Source: Rebecca billardiae RCC1528
Lineage: Eukaryota; Protista; Haptophyta
NCBI GenBank assembly: GCA_965240325.2
Contig: OZ251251.1
Coordinates: forward strand, 496,001-560,000
Length of the DNA: 64,000 nt
Direction of reading: 5' to 3'
Shown: positions 45,105 to 57,192 of the stretch, piece after piece
How positions within the stretch are numbered: the first letter of the stretch is position 1
How the letters are laid out: every line of letters begins with the position of its first letter
Notes under the pieces: model-generated
Seen by the model: only the letters and a program-made list of their open reading frames with translations
Database searches by the model: none
What the model was told of the DNA's origin: nothing
Position numbers and translations under genes: made by a program

Positions 45105-48100
45105 ATGATGCTCACTAACAAGGCGAAGCAGCAGGGCGCGCGCCCGGTGGCGCAGCGCAAGGCCACCGAGCGGCCCAAGCTCGACGACCTCATCACCCGC
45201 CGCGACTACGTCGGCGCGATTACTCTGATCGAATTCGAGCTGCAGCAGCGGCGGGAGGCCAAGACCGCGTCGGGCTGGCAGCTCAACCAGCAGACGGGCG
45301 AGTACGAGTGGGTGGCGGGCGGGCCGCAGCCCGAGACCGCCGACGACGCCGACCAGGTGCGCGCGTCGCCGCCGCGCCGCCGCACGCGCCCGCGCGCGCC
45401 GTACGTGCGCGCCCGCGGCGCGGCCTCAGCGCATCCACCCGGAGGCCGCCGGCGGGCGGTGTGCGGGCTGCGCGGCGCGCGCGAGCGGCGCGGTGGGGTC
45501 GTGGAGTGCCCACCAACCCCGTGTCCTCCCCGCGCGCGCCTCCGCGCGGCACGCCTCCGCCACCGCCGCCGCCGCCCGCTGCTTCCGTCCGCTCTTGCCG
45601 CGCCGCCCGCGCGCCCGCCCGCGCGCCCTCCCGCTCGCCGCGCCCCCGCAGGACGTGGAGCAGCTGCGCTGGCTCGCGTTCGCGGCGTTCCACTCGGGCG
45701 ACTTCAAGAAGGCACTGGACACGTACACCCGGCTGATCGAGGCGGTGGGCGAGGCAGACCCCACACTGCACGTGTACGCGGCGTGCTGCCTGCTGGGGCT
45801 GGGCTGGTACACAGAAGCGGAGGAGAAGGCGCAGGTGCGCGCGAGCCCTAACCCGAACCCTAAGCCTAAGCCTAACCCTAGCCCTACCCTGCACGACCGA
45901 GGCGCGCCCTCTCCGCGCGCGCGGGGCGCGGGGGCGGGCGCGGGCGGAGCGGCGCCCGCCCTTGCCGCGTGTGACTGACTGTGCCGCCCCCACCGCCCCC
46001 ACCGCCCCCACCGCCCCCACCGCCCGTCTGTCCGCCCCCCCGCCGAGCAGAAGGCGCCGGTCTCGCCGCTGCAGAACCGGCTGCTCTTCCACCTCGCGCA
46101 CCGCATGAACGACGAGTCCAAGTTGATGCTGTACCACCAGAAGCTGCACGACACCACCGAGGTGCGTGTGTGCGCGCTGTGTGCGCGCTGTGTGCGCGCT
46201 GTGTGCGCAGCTGCTGCTGTGTTGCGTGTGTGCGCGCGCGGGCGGGCACAGAGGCTCCGGGGCGGGGGCTGTTCTTGGCCGGGCGCCGCGTGTGGGGGCC
46301 CGGTGGGGCGCGCTGCACGCGACGCCTCCGTGCCCGCAGGGCAGCGTGCCCTGGGCTCCGCTCCTCGCGCCCGCGCCTCACCGCCCTGCTGCGCTTGCGC
46401 CCCCCTCCTCCCCTCTCCCGGCCAAACCACCACCAATAAACCCTTTTTCTTTTTTCCCGCCGTCCTTTTTTTTCCCGTCCCCTGTTCTTGCCCTTGCGCT
46501 CGTGCACATCCCTCTTGTGCTTGCAGGACCAGCTCTCGCTCGCGTCGATTCACTACCTGCGCAACCACTTCCAGGAGGCGACGGACATCTACAAGCGGCT
46601 GCTGCTCGAGAACAGGGACTACGCGGGTGTGTGCGCGCGCGCGCGCGCGCGCCGGCGTCGGGCGCCGTGCCATGCGCGCCCGGGGCGCGCCACGCGCGCG
46701 GCTCACGCCCCGCGCCCCCGCTCGCGCCGCCCCTCTGCCCGTACGCAGCGCTGAACGTGTACGTGGCGCTGTGCTACTACAAGCTGGACTACTACGACGT
46801 GTCGCTCGAGATCCTCAACTCGTACCTCTCGCAGCACGCGGACTCGGCCGTCGCGCTCAACCTCAAGGTGTGTGCGGCGCGCGGCGCGCGCGCGCCGGCG
46901 CGCGGCGCGCGCGCGCCGGCGCGCGGCGCACGCGCGCGGCCACGGCGCACGTGCGGCGCCGCGGGCGCGGGCCGCGGGGGCTGGGCGCGGGGTCGTGTTC
47001 TGTGCGCGGGTGGGCGCGTGGGCGCATGCGCGGCGGTGCGGGCGCGTGGCTGGCCCTTCTGGGCCGCCTCGTCGCCATGCGAGAGCGCAGCCGTCCGCAC
47101 GGCGCCGCGGCTGCGACGGCCGCGCGCTGACTTTGCGCCGCCGCGCCCGCGCCCGCGCCTGCGGCGCCGTGGCGCGCGCAGGCGTGCAACCAGTTCAGGC
47201 TGTACGACGGGAAGGCGGCGGAGGCGGAGCTGGCGCCGCTGCTCGGCGGCGCCGCCTCCATCGAGAAGATCGAGTTCGACCTCGTCAGGTGCGGCGCACG
47301 CACCCGCTGCCGCCCGCGCCGCGCCCCCCGCGGCGCGCACGGTGCCGTGGCAAGCGGCGCGACACAGCCGCGCGGCCCGTTAGCGCGGCGGCGCGCGCGG
47401 CGGAGGAAGCGGGCGCTGCTCTGCGCACGCACGCGCCCGGCTGACGGACCGCGCGCGCCGTGGGCTACGCCCGCCCTCCCCGCGCCCGTTACACCCGCGC
47501 CCGTTACACGCATGGCCGTTACACGCGTGGCCGTTACACATGTGGCCGTTACGCGGCCGCAGGCACAACATGGTCGTGTTCCGTAACGGCGAGCGCGCGA
47601 TGCAGGTGCTGCCCGCGCTCATCGACGTGATCGCCGAGGCGCGGCTCAACCTGGTGATCTACCACATGCACCACGGCGAGGTGGAGGAGGGGTACAACCT
47701 GATGAAGGACCTCGAGCCCACCTCGCCTCAGGAGTACATCCTGAAGGGCGTCGTCAACCTCGCCATGGGGCAGGCGCTCGACTCGCGCGAGCACCTCAAG
47801 GTCGCGCAGCAGTACTTCCAGCTGGTGCGCGCGCACACCCTGGGATGGCTGTCTTCCGCGCCCCTTCTCTTTCCTTTCTTTTCTGCTCTTTTCTGCCTAT
47901 TTTTCGCGGCGGGTTTTGCGTGAGAGCGGCGCTGGGCAGGGCGCGCGGCGTGCGCCGTCCCCGCCGTGCCCTCCGCTCGAGAGAGCCCCACCCTGCCCTC
48001 CCCCCCGCTCCTCACGCCTACCACGCACCCGCTGCACACTGCACACTCTCACTCCACGCACACACACACACACACGCACACGCACACACACACGCACACA

Positions 48101-49687
48101 CGCACACACACCACACACACACACGCACACGCGCACACACACACACGCACACACACACGCACACGCACACACACACGCACACGCGTTGGCAGGTGGGCGC
48201 GTCCGCCTCCGAGTGCGACACCATCCCGGGGCGGCAGTGCATGGCGTCGTGCTTCTTCATCCTGCGCCAGTTCGACGACGTGCTGATCTACCTCAAGTCC
48301 ATCGACGCGTACTTCCCCAACGACGAGGTGCGGGGGGGCGGGCGTGGGGGCGGCGCGCGGGGGGCGGAGGGAGCGCGCGGACGGGCGGTCGTGGCGGTGC
48401 GGTGCGGTGCGGTGCGCGGTGTCGGCCGGGGCGGCGCGGCGTAACGGCGGTGTAACGGTGTAACGGCGGTGGAACGGTGGAACGGCGGTGGAACGGTAGT
48501 GGTGACACAGTGTCGCCGTGGCGAGCGCGCGCGCGCAAGGCTGACGTCCCACGCACCCGCCCTCCGCGCCCTCCGCGCCCCGCCGCGCCCCTCGCCGCCT
48601 TCGCCCCCGCGCGCCCGCCTCCGCCCACCACAAATTCCCCAAGCAGGTGTTTCTGTACAATTATTCGATCGCGCGCGCGGCGGCGGGCCAGACGCGCGAC
48701 GCGGAGCAGGGGCTGCTGCAGCTGCTGCAGACGCCGAACGCGGAGCAGTACCGGTGCGCGCCAGCGGGCCCGGCGCTGCCCGACCCTCCCCGGCGCATAC
48801 CCGCGTGGCCCACCTGGGGGGGCGGGGGTGCGGCCAAGCTGCGCGCGCGCGCGGCGCGCGTGTGGCGCGCTTGTGCGCGCGCGCGTCCCGTGCGCGGCCT
48901 GGCATCGGCGCCGCGCGCGCACGCGCGCGCGCTGACCCGCGCCCGCCGCGCGCGCGCGCGCGCGCGCTGCGCGCAGCACCGACTACGTCTTCAACATGTG
49001 GCTGGCGCGCTGCCACGTGATGAACGGCAAGAGCCGCGCCGCGTGGGAGCTGTGAGCGCGCGCGCCGCCAGCGACCGATCGCGCGCCGTCTGTGCGCCGC
49101 GCGTGCGCCGCGCCGCGCCGCGCCGGCGCGCCGCGCGTGCCGGCGCGCGCGTGCGCCGCGGCGGCTGGCGGCTGGCTGACCGCCCCTGTGCGCGCGTCGT
49201 CTGCGCGCGCGCGCAGCTACCTCAAGCTCGAGTCGTCGCAGGAGTCGTTCGCCATGCTGCAGCTCCTCGCCAACGACTGTTACAAGGTCGGAGCGTTTTT
49301 GTATGCCGCCAAGGCCTTTGACACGCTCGAGCGGCTCGACCCGAACCCGGAGTATTGGGAGGGGAAGCGCGGCGCGTGCGTCGGCTGCTTCCAGGCGGTG
49401 TGCGCGGGGCGCGAGCGGAAGGAGGTGCTGCGCGACGTGCTCGCGATCCTCAAGAGCACGCGCAACCCGCAGGTGGGCCGCACCCCGCGCCGCGCGCGCG
49501 TGCGCACGCCCCTGCTGCTGCGCGCGGCAGCCACGCAACAGCGCGCGCGCGCGCGCTCACGCGCGCCGCGCGCACTGCGCACGCGCGCGCGGCTGCACGA
49601 TCGCCGCTGCTGCCCGGCCGCTAGGTGGAGTACCTCGTGCGCGTGATGAAAAAGTGGGCGCGCGAAAACGGCGTCAGCGTCTCCTAG
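45105..49687 (+). CDS. IFT56: Intraflagellar transport protein 56 (TTC26/DYF-13), 12 exons
   Basis: [144 protein letters not shown]. Confidence 0.97.
45846..45890 (+). repeat. Degenerate telomere-like (CCCTAA)n tract in IFT56 intron 2
   Basis: ccctaa cccgaa ccctaa gcctaa gcctaa ccctag ccctac cct. Confidence 0.8.
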
Positions 49688-50308
49688 GCCCGCCGCCGCG
49701 GGCACGCGCCGGCCAGAGCCCGGCCCCACCGCAGGCGCGCCGCCGCCGCCGCTCGGGCCGCGCGCGCGTGGACTCGGCGCGCGGCCGGGGCGCCGCCGGC
49801 CCGGCCGCCGCGCCGGTGGCCTCAGGGCCGTGAGGCCGGGGCCGCCGGGCCGCGGTGGCAGCGGCGAACCCAGCGACTGAGCCAGCGCACAGCGCCGCGG
49901 GCGTGTCGGTGCCCAACGCCGAGCGGCACAGCCTCCGCTTCCGAGGCCCCGAGGCCGGACTCCGGACGACTCGGCAGCGCCGGCCGTGCAGGTTACGCCG
50001 TCACGTACAGACGATCGTGTGTCGTCACGACGAATATGCTGATGCTGCGCTGCTGCTGATGATGATGATGACTGCGACGCCGCTGCTATACGCCTGCTAT
50101 ATATGATCGACAGTACGAATAATAATAGGCATCATGCTGAATTCATATATATTATTTCAAATTTTCATGACGGCCCGAGTTAGGGGGGCCAAAGTGGCAC
50201 TGTGACGTGACTGACGGCTACGAGCGCTGGTCCTAGCGAGTGTTTAGCGCTGATTTCGGGCTGGATCATTTGCCCTCTGGAGGGGTCTGGGCCAGCCAAG
50301 TAAAAATA

Positions 50309-51190
50309 TCAGGTGACCCGTTGCACGCGTGAGCGCCGAAAAAACGACACTTTGGCAGTGATAGTCATCAGCACCGTCGCCGCATCGTGGGCATGCCGCT
50401 GCCGCCGCCGGCGGCGGCAGCGGGAGCGTGGCAGCAGATCTACCACCTTCCGCGTTACGCGCTGCGTCGTGCGCGCCAGGTGGCAGGTTTCCCAGGTCCG
50501 CCGCGCGGAAGGCAGCGTGAGCGGTCGGCGAGCGCACGGAGATGAGAAGTAAGCGCGCATCGTGAGAGCTTCAGCAGCTTGCCCACGCGCTTCACGAAGG
50601 CGGTGTGGTTGCGTGCGCACGCCTTCTGTACCCGTACCCGCGATCAAAGCGTGAGCCACTCCCTAGGTCTTGCCTGCGCATCGCGGGCCGCGCCTCGTCT
50701 CCTGAATCCTCGTTCACGAGGACAGCACGTGTATCCGTGTACGCGCTCGCGGCCGATGGCGGCTCCCCGCGTCGAGAGCCGTTTGGCTGGAGCCGCATCC
50801 AAGGGCATGTATCCTCACGGCCCCACCCGATGCTGACGCTGAGGTGGCGTGCTTGCCGAAGGTAGCCGCATTGGCTGATCTCTCTGCCTTTGGGCAACCC
50901 TTTGCAACCGCGCCGGCTCACGCTGCCAGCGCGCGCGCGGCGTGGCTTCGTGGTGGACACCTGCCCTGGGTTTTGTCGTTCGTTCTCAGCGACGGTTGGG
51001 TCGATTGACATGCGGATTGGATTGGTGCATTGCGAATCGGCTTCGCAATGCACCATTGCGCTCGGATCGGCGCGGACGTCAGCCATGCGGCAGCGCGAGC
51101 GACAAAACCGCGAGATTTCATACGCTTGTCGTTTTTTCATACGCTCACGGTTACTCACCCGTGCAACGGGTCAGGTGCACATACCCTGAA
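50309..51190. mobile_element. Degenerate TA-flanked mariner-like non-autonomous element
   Basis: TA|TCAGGTGACCCGTTGCACGCGTGAGCG..GAAAAAACGACA (50307-50349) matches 51127-51192 inversely once two ~10-nt insertions are removed. Confidence 0.65.
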
Positions 51191-53364
51191 TATAGGGCGT
51201 AACGGCTAGCAGATTTACTTATTAGAATGAGCCTGAACTTATTGGAAACGGCATGTAACGGCCGTCTTATATGTGGCATATAGACCATGTCGACCTCACT
51301 TTGATAGAGCATCTCAGCAAGATTGTTCTGAGTCCCCAGCAGCAGCAGGTCCCAACATGCGATATAGGCTGTGTACCTGGCAGGCTGTCAAACACGTAGT
51401 TTCCCGGAAGCCACTGGTCGTTACATACCCACCGTGTATATAGCCGCCATGCTGATGAATACAGTCTCGTCGGATCTCGAGCTGCGAGATACGTTTTCAG
51501 ACTGTGTATACGGCCATGCGTACGGCGTATTGCAGACATGATGGACTCAAAGCACCGGCCCCATGTCCTCAGCCCGGGAGTACTCTCGGTCATAGTCAAG
51601 GTTTAAAGTCACTCGAGCCAACCGTCACCGCTCCCTGGCCGAGACCTACGAGGCAGGTCAAATCTGTCGTCGTCGCAGTGCGGCACAGTGCCGAGGCATG
51701 CGATTCGGCAGCAAACGCCTGCTCCAGGTGGTGGCTGGCGTCTCTGCACCAAACCAGGCTGCATAGGATCGGTCCATATAGGTACACCCTACCCTGTTCC
51801 GCGCTATTTCTGGGCTTTGGGGCGGATATTCGGCCTACAGAGGCTGATCCGGCGCTGTTTCGTGCTCCTGGCTGGCTGCGCGGGGCCCAACGGCAAGCGC
51901 CGGCGTGTGCAAGGTGTCAAGATTGAGACGGTCTCTGACGCTCCCGCCGGTCTTGGGCGCACCAGGGTGCATGGGGGCCCATCTGCATCTGCTTCTGCAG
52001 GCATGCGCGTCACAGGGGCGCGCTTGCAGGCACGGTCGAGTGCACGTCGGACCTGTCGAATGAGCCATCCGCTGCCTGCGAGCACGTCCGCGACGTCCTG
52101 AGAGGCGAACGGGAGGCGCCCCGACGCCATCTGGGGGCACGTGTGACCCATACCCAACGTGCTGACCATCGCAAGTGCCACGGCAGGTGCAAACACGGGC
52201 CCTACGAGCGGAACATGACAGTTGCGGGCTCCGTGGAGGTGTTGTGCGCGAGCTCGCGCCGGTCTGCTGACGGCGATTCCGGCCCAGCAGGGCAGGTTAG
52301 GCGAGCTGGGCATCCACGGATACACATGAACACTTGGGGCGAGTATCGATCTCGCCGGGGCGAGTTGATCTTGAGCCACAAGGAGCGGTAGCGTGACGGG
52401 CGTACGCAGCGCGACAATGCAAGCCGGCCGACGCGCGCCGCGCACGGCGCGAGGTGGCCAAGAACCGGGTGGTGAGCCGCTGGTGGCGCAAAAACAAGGG
52501 TCAGAAGCGCCCACCAGCGTCACGCGCGCGCGCGCCCGAGACCATCTCGGCGTCTCATGGGATGCGAGCGCGCGGCGGTCCACTGCCTCCGGCCGCTCGT
52601 GCTCGAGCGAAACCGAGCTCTGAGCGCCCGAAGGCGTCGGAGCTCGATTTTCGAGCGAGGTCCGAGAAAAGGCTCCGGCGCCACCCCAAAAGGCCGAGGG
52701 TGGAGCGAAAATGCGCCGCGGCTTTGATTTTCTTTTTCAAATGGGCGGTTTGGCCCCCCTACCCGAGTCGGATGAGCCGCCGTAGAATGGCAGCGTAGTA
52801 TAGGCGCCGCAGCATCAATGCTGGCAATATAGTATAGCAATAATGGCGGTGTCAGTGATGAGTGAAGGGCCGACAGCGGCACAGCGGGCCCGCGCCGCCA
52901 GCGGCCACAGCGCAGCGCGACGCCGACAGCGTGAGCAGCCGTTACGGCAGCTTAGCTGAATAACGAGCTCGCGGCGCTCACATCCGCTCACGGCGCCGGT
53001 TCAGAACTTCGGTCGTTGCGGCGGCGGCAGCAGTCCGCGCGCTGCTGCACGGGCGATGGCAGCCGCTGGCAGGCCGCCGTCATGTCATCATGACGCGGGC
53101 ATGCACCAGCCACGCGCCGAAGCACGGTAAGCGCCGCACGCGCGGTTGGCAAGGCTGCGGCGCCTGCGGCCAGGCCCAGCGGTCGCGCCGCGTGCCTCGG
53201 CGGCTGCGCACGGCGCAGGCTCGCTCGGACCGAGGCAGCGTCTCTGCAGCGAGCCGCGCCCGGTGGGCTCCGGGCGGGGCGCAGCTGGCGTGCGTGGCAG
53301 GCCTGGCCCACGTGCACGCGCCGCGCCGCGCGTCTGGACGAGCGCGCGAGAAAATCTGCGCCCG

Positions 53365-53643
53365 TCACTCGTCGAGGCGGGATGGATCGTTGTCGGGAGC
53401 GGCCGCCCACCCAGCGGACGGGTCGGGCAGCGCAGGCCCGTATTCCAACGCGACTGCATCGGCGGGCGAGGAGTTGTGGCTGCCGCCGCGCGTCGGCTCG
53501 CCGTCGCCGCCGATCAGGCCCTGCAGCTCCGAATTCTTCGCGAGCAGCTTGCGCGCCTCGTAGACGGAGGCGAAGCGCGCGACGGCGATGAGGATGATGA
53601 ATGCCCCGAGCTCCACGAGGGCCCACTTGAGCCCGTTGCCCAT
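53365..53643 (-). CDS. Small single-TM hypothetical protein (92 aa)
   Basis: gtcgccATG context; WALVELGAFIILIAVARF hydrophobic helix; GC3-rich codons. Confidence 0.6.
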   Translation of the reverse strand: MGNGLKWALVELGAFIILIAVARFASVYEARKLLAKNSELQGLIGGDGEPTRGGSHNSSPADAVALEYGPALPDPSAGWAAAPDNDPSRLDE

Positions 53644-53837
53644 GGCGACGTCGCCGCTGCCTGGCCCGCTCGATTCGACGTGGCCTCAGCGGCGCATGGT
53701 GCGAGGGCGCCACCCTGCTGGCTCCTTGTTTTGACAGCAATGCACGCCGCACGGAAGCCCACGCCGAGTCCGGGAGTGAGGATCCATGGGCGCCCGGACG
53801 ACTCAGAGTCGCAGCTCGAGGCACTTTGGGCCGAGGC

Positions 53838-54944
53838 AAGGGAGGTCCGGGCCGGGAGCTCCCAGCGAGCGGCCAGCGCGACGTCACTGCAAAGTTTTCC
53901 CTGAGCGCCGGGCGGCGGCAGCGGCGAGGGCGAGTACTCCGCTGGCGGGGCGCGCACGGGGCACAGCGCTGCGGGCGCGGATGTGCCCGCAGAGCCGGCG
54001 CGCGCGGACGGGCTGTTGCGGGAGAGCACTCGGCGCCCTCCTGCGCCGCGCGTCTTGCGCCACGCCTCTTTCGCCTCGGCTCAGGGCAGCGCGCACATGC
54101 GCGCCGCGTCAAGGCCAGCCTTGCCTGCGCCGCAGCCGACCGCGCGCGCGCCGTGCGCGGCGTGGTCGGGAAGGAACGGGCGCTGCCGCGGGGCGAGGTG
54201 GCGACACCATGCGCGCACGCCATGCCGCCCCGCCACGCCTTGACGAGCGTGTCGTCGGTCCGTTTGCATGCCTCTTTGACTTGTCACAAATGGTGTGCAC
54301 GGCCGTGCGGTCGTGACCCTTGTCGGGACGATCATTGAGACGCAGAACAGTGCCAGACGGGCGCGCGGGCTACTCTTACATGGATATTCATCACCGTGTG
54401 GTCAAGTAGAGGTGCTGGATGCGACGCTTTCCTCGCGCTGATGCTCTTTCATCATCTTCTTCGAGCTCAGGTCCGTGGCTTGGCACGACAAGTGATCAGC
54501 ACTCGTCAACAGCTGTGCAGATCTATTGCCGTGCCCTTTCGCGGCATCACGGGGCGGCATGGCGTGCGCGCATGGTGTCGCCACCTCGCCCCGCGGCAGC
54601 GCCCGTTCCTTCCCGACCACGCCGCGCACGGCGCGCGCGCGGTCGGCTGCGGCGCAGGCAAGGCTGGCCTTGACGCGGCGCGCATGTGCGCGCTGCCCTG
54701 AGCCGAGGCGAAAGAGGCGTGGCGCAAGACGCGCGGCGCAGGAGGGCGCCGAGTGCTCTCCCGCAACAGCCCGTCCGCGCGCGCCGGCTCTGCGGGCACA
54801 TCCGCGCCCGCAGCGCTGTGCCCCGTGCGCGCCCCGCCAGCGGAGTACTCGCCCTCGCCGCTGCCGCCGCCCGGCGCTCAGGGAAAACTTTGCAGTGACG
54901 TCGCGCTGGCCGCTCGCTGGGAGCTCCCGGCCCGGACCTCCCTT
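53838..54944. mobile_element. Foldback/MULE-like non-autonomous element: 395-bp TIRs, 317-bp spacer, 9-bp TSD
   Basis: 53838-54232 and 54550-54944 read as exact reverse complements. GGCCGAGGC is duplicated at 53829-53837 and 54945-54953. Confidence 0.93.
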
Positions 54945-55136
54945 GGCCGAGGCGTCGTTGGCCGGCGCGACGAGTGGCAGCACTTTGAACTCGACACAGC
55001 AAGCAGGGCGGCGCTCGCTCGCTGGAGCAAGGTGAGCCGCCAGCCTCGGCGAGGCGCAGCCACGCCGCGCCGGCGCGCGCGCGCTCAGCTCCCGCGCCCG
55101 GTGCGCGCGCGCGGCTCGTGTACGCGCCTCTGCAGC

Positions 55137-56360
55137 ATGGCTCCCAAGCGCTCACGCGCGTCCAAGGTGGCCGCGGCCGCGGTGGCGACCGAGAACGCGG
55201 CCGCCAACGCCGCCGCGGCCGAGGGCGGCGGCGAGGGCGGCTCGTCCGTGAGCGCGTTCGACGAGTTCAAGGCGCACGTGATGAAGCGCTCGCGCGTCCT
55301 CGCCTCGCAGTCCGAGGCCGCGCCCGCCGCCGACGACGAGCCCGCCGCCTCCTCCGAGCTGGACACGGTCCGCGCGCGCGACGGCCGCGTCTGGCGCGCC
55401 CCGCGCACGCGCCGCGCGCTGCGCGCTCGCCCGGAGCTGATCGCGCGCGCACGCCGCGCCGCGACACCATCTGCCCCGTTTGATGTGCGCCCGATGCTGC
55501 CGGGCGCCGCCGCCGTCCAGCTCCGCGAGTCGTACGAGCGGCTGCGCGCCAAGCACGACGCGCTGCGCGACCTGCGCCAGACCGAGCAGGAGCGGCTTCT
55601 GACCGAGCTGCGCGCGAGCGCCGCGCGAGCGGCCGAGGCGTCGGAGGGCGTGATCGCCAAGCTGCGCGCGGAGAAGGAGGGTCTGATGCGCGACCTGGGC
55701 GAGCTCACCGGCGCGGCGGCGGAGATGGAGGCCGTGGTGAAGCAGCGCGATGAGGCGAGCGCGCGGCTCGAGCGAACGGAGGCTGCGCTCAAGCGCGAGC
55801 GCGAGGCGGCGGCCGCGCAGCCGAGCGCGCGCGCCGCCGCCGCGCCCGCGGGCGCGGCCGAGCGCGCCGCCACCGCGCCGCCCGCCGCGGCCGAGGCCGA
55901 GGGCGCCGCGGCGGCCGCGCTGCGCGCGCGCGCACTCGAGGTACTGACGGGTGCGACCGTGCGCGCGGCGACGACGGAGGAGGGCGAGCCTGCGGCGATC
56001 GTGAGCATGCCACAGCGCGGTGCGCCCGCCGGCGCGTCGATCGAGTTCTGCATGGTGCTCGACGAGCCGGCCGACGAGGTCTACATCTCGACCGTCTCGA
56101 ACACGATGGTGGGCGTGAGGCCTGAGGAGATCCCTGAGCCACTGCGCGCGCCCGGCGGTCCGAAGCCGCAGGCTGGTGCCGAGGCCGCCGGTGCGCCGGC
56201 GGCGGCAGAGGAGGAGGAGGAGGAGGACAATGCGATCACAGCGCCGGTCGCCCAGGCTCCCGTCTTCTTCTTCGACTGCCTCGCGGCCACGCTGCGCGGC
56301 CGGCCCGCCGCGGCGGCTGGCGCTGCGGCACCGGCCGCGGCTGCGCCCACGCAGCCGTAG
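55137..56360 (+). CDS. Csm1/Pcs1 (monopolin)-like coiled-coil + RWD-type protein
   Basis: Probable in-frame 153-nt intron 55368-55520. KHDALRDLRQTEQERLL coiled coil, then LEVLTGATVR...IEFCM...IPEPL...ITAPVAQAPVFF, resembling the Csm1/Spc25-type RWD pattern from memory. Confidence 0.6.
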   Translation: MAPKRSRASKVAAAAVATENAAANAAAAEGGGEGGSSVSAFDEFKAHVMKRSRVLASQSEAAPAADDEPAASSELDTVRARDGRVWRAPRTRRALRARPELIARARRAATPSAPFDVRPMLPGAAAVQLRESYERLRAKHDALRDLRQTEQERLLTELRASAARAAEASEGVIAKLRAEKEGLMRDLGELTGAAAEMEAVVKQRDEASARLERTEAALKREREAAAAQPSARAAAAPAGAAERAATAPPAAAEAEGAAAAALRARALEVLTGATVRAATTEEGEPAAIVSMPQRGAPAGASIEFCMVLDEPADEVYISTVSNTMVGVRPEEIPEPLRAPGGPKPQAGAEAAGAPAAAEEEEEEDNAITAPVAQAPVFFFDCLAATLRGRPAAAAGAAAPAAAAPTQP

Positions 56361-57192
56361 ATGTAGATGAGTCTGGCGGCGCGTCCCGCGGCCGGCGACC
56401 ACAACCGTCGACGGTGCCCCCGGGCTCTGGTCTCCGCCATCGGTCCAGTGTGGCGCGGCCGTGGGCTCGGGGCTGCCACAGCGGTGTGGCTTTGGCAGGG
56501 CTGCGCAGCAGCACGCGCCACGCTGCCAGTCATCGCGCGGGTGCAGGCCCGGCGCTGACACTCGTGTCTCGCCTCGCGGTCCGCGCTGGCCGCTCTCGGC
56601 TCTCCCGTCTCCGGCGGCCCGTCCATCTCGCCCTCTCACGGGTCCGCAAGTCGCCGAACGCAGCAAACGTGCCCCGGATCGGCGTCTCGAGTCGCACTCG
56701 CGCGGTGCGTGCCGGCAGGCACGGTTTCACACTAACAGTTCAAGCAGCGGAGCCGCACGCACGGTGGCGCTGCTGCCGCTCAGCCGTTCGCAGTCATGGA
56801 CACTGGACGGTAGGACACGCCGCACGTGCTCGGCGGACGGCTGAGGAGTCAGCTGCCAGTGAGCCACTGTTCAGCCATCAGATGCATCATGATCAGGACC
56901 GAGGTGACGGCGTGACGCGGACGCAGTATTAGTGATGTTCACCGTGATGAGTATTCAGTGATTGAGATGATTCACCGCATTAATCGTATTATTGTCTATT
57001 GTAGTCTGTATTGATCACGGCGGCTGTGAATGACTACAGTCTGAGTGTGATGAGTCAGATGATATAGACGAATGGTCCGCCATTGCCCATTGGTCGTCGC
57101 GCGTGTACAGTTTACTAAGAATAAGAGACGCACACAGCTCAGGCAGGCGAGATTGACGCCCGCCAACTGAGTGGCAACTGTCACCGCCCATA

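Noticed and set aside
34583-49687. Flagellar gene cluster around IFT56
   Set aside because: Only IFT56 is identifiable as ciliary; neighbours lack functional evidence.
50592-52583. ORFs of 100-260 aa in the lower-GC region
   Set aside because: No recognisable domain and no host-like codon bias; treated as non-coding or TE debris.
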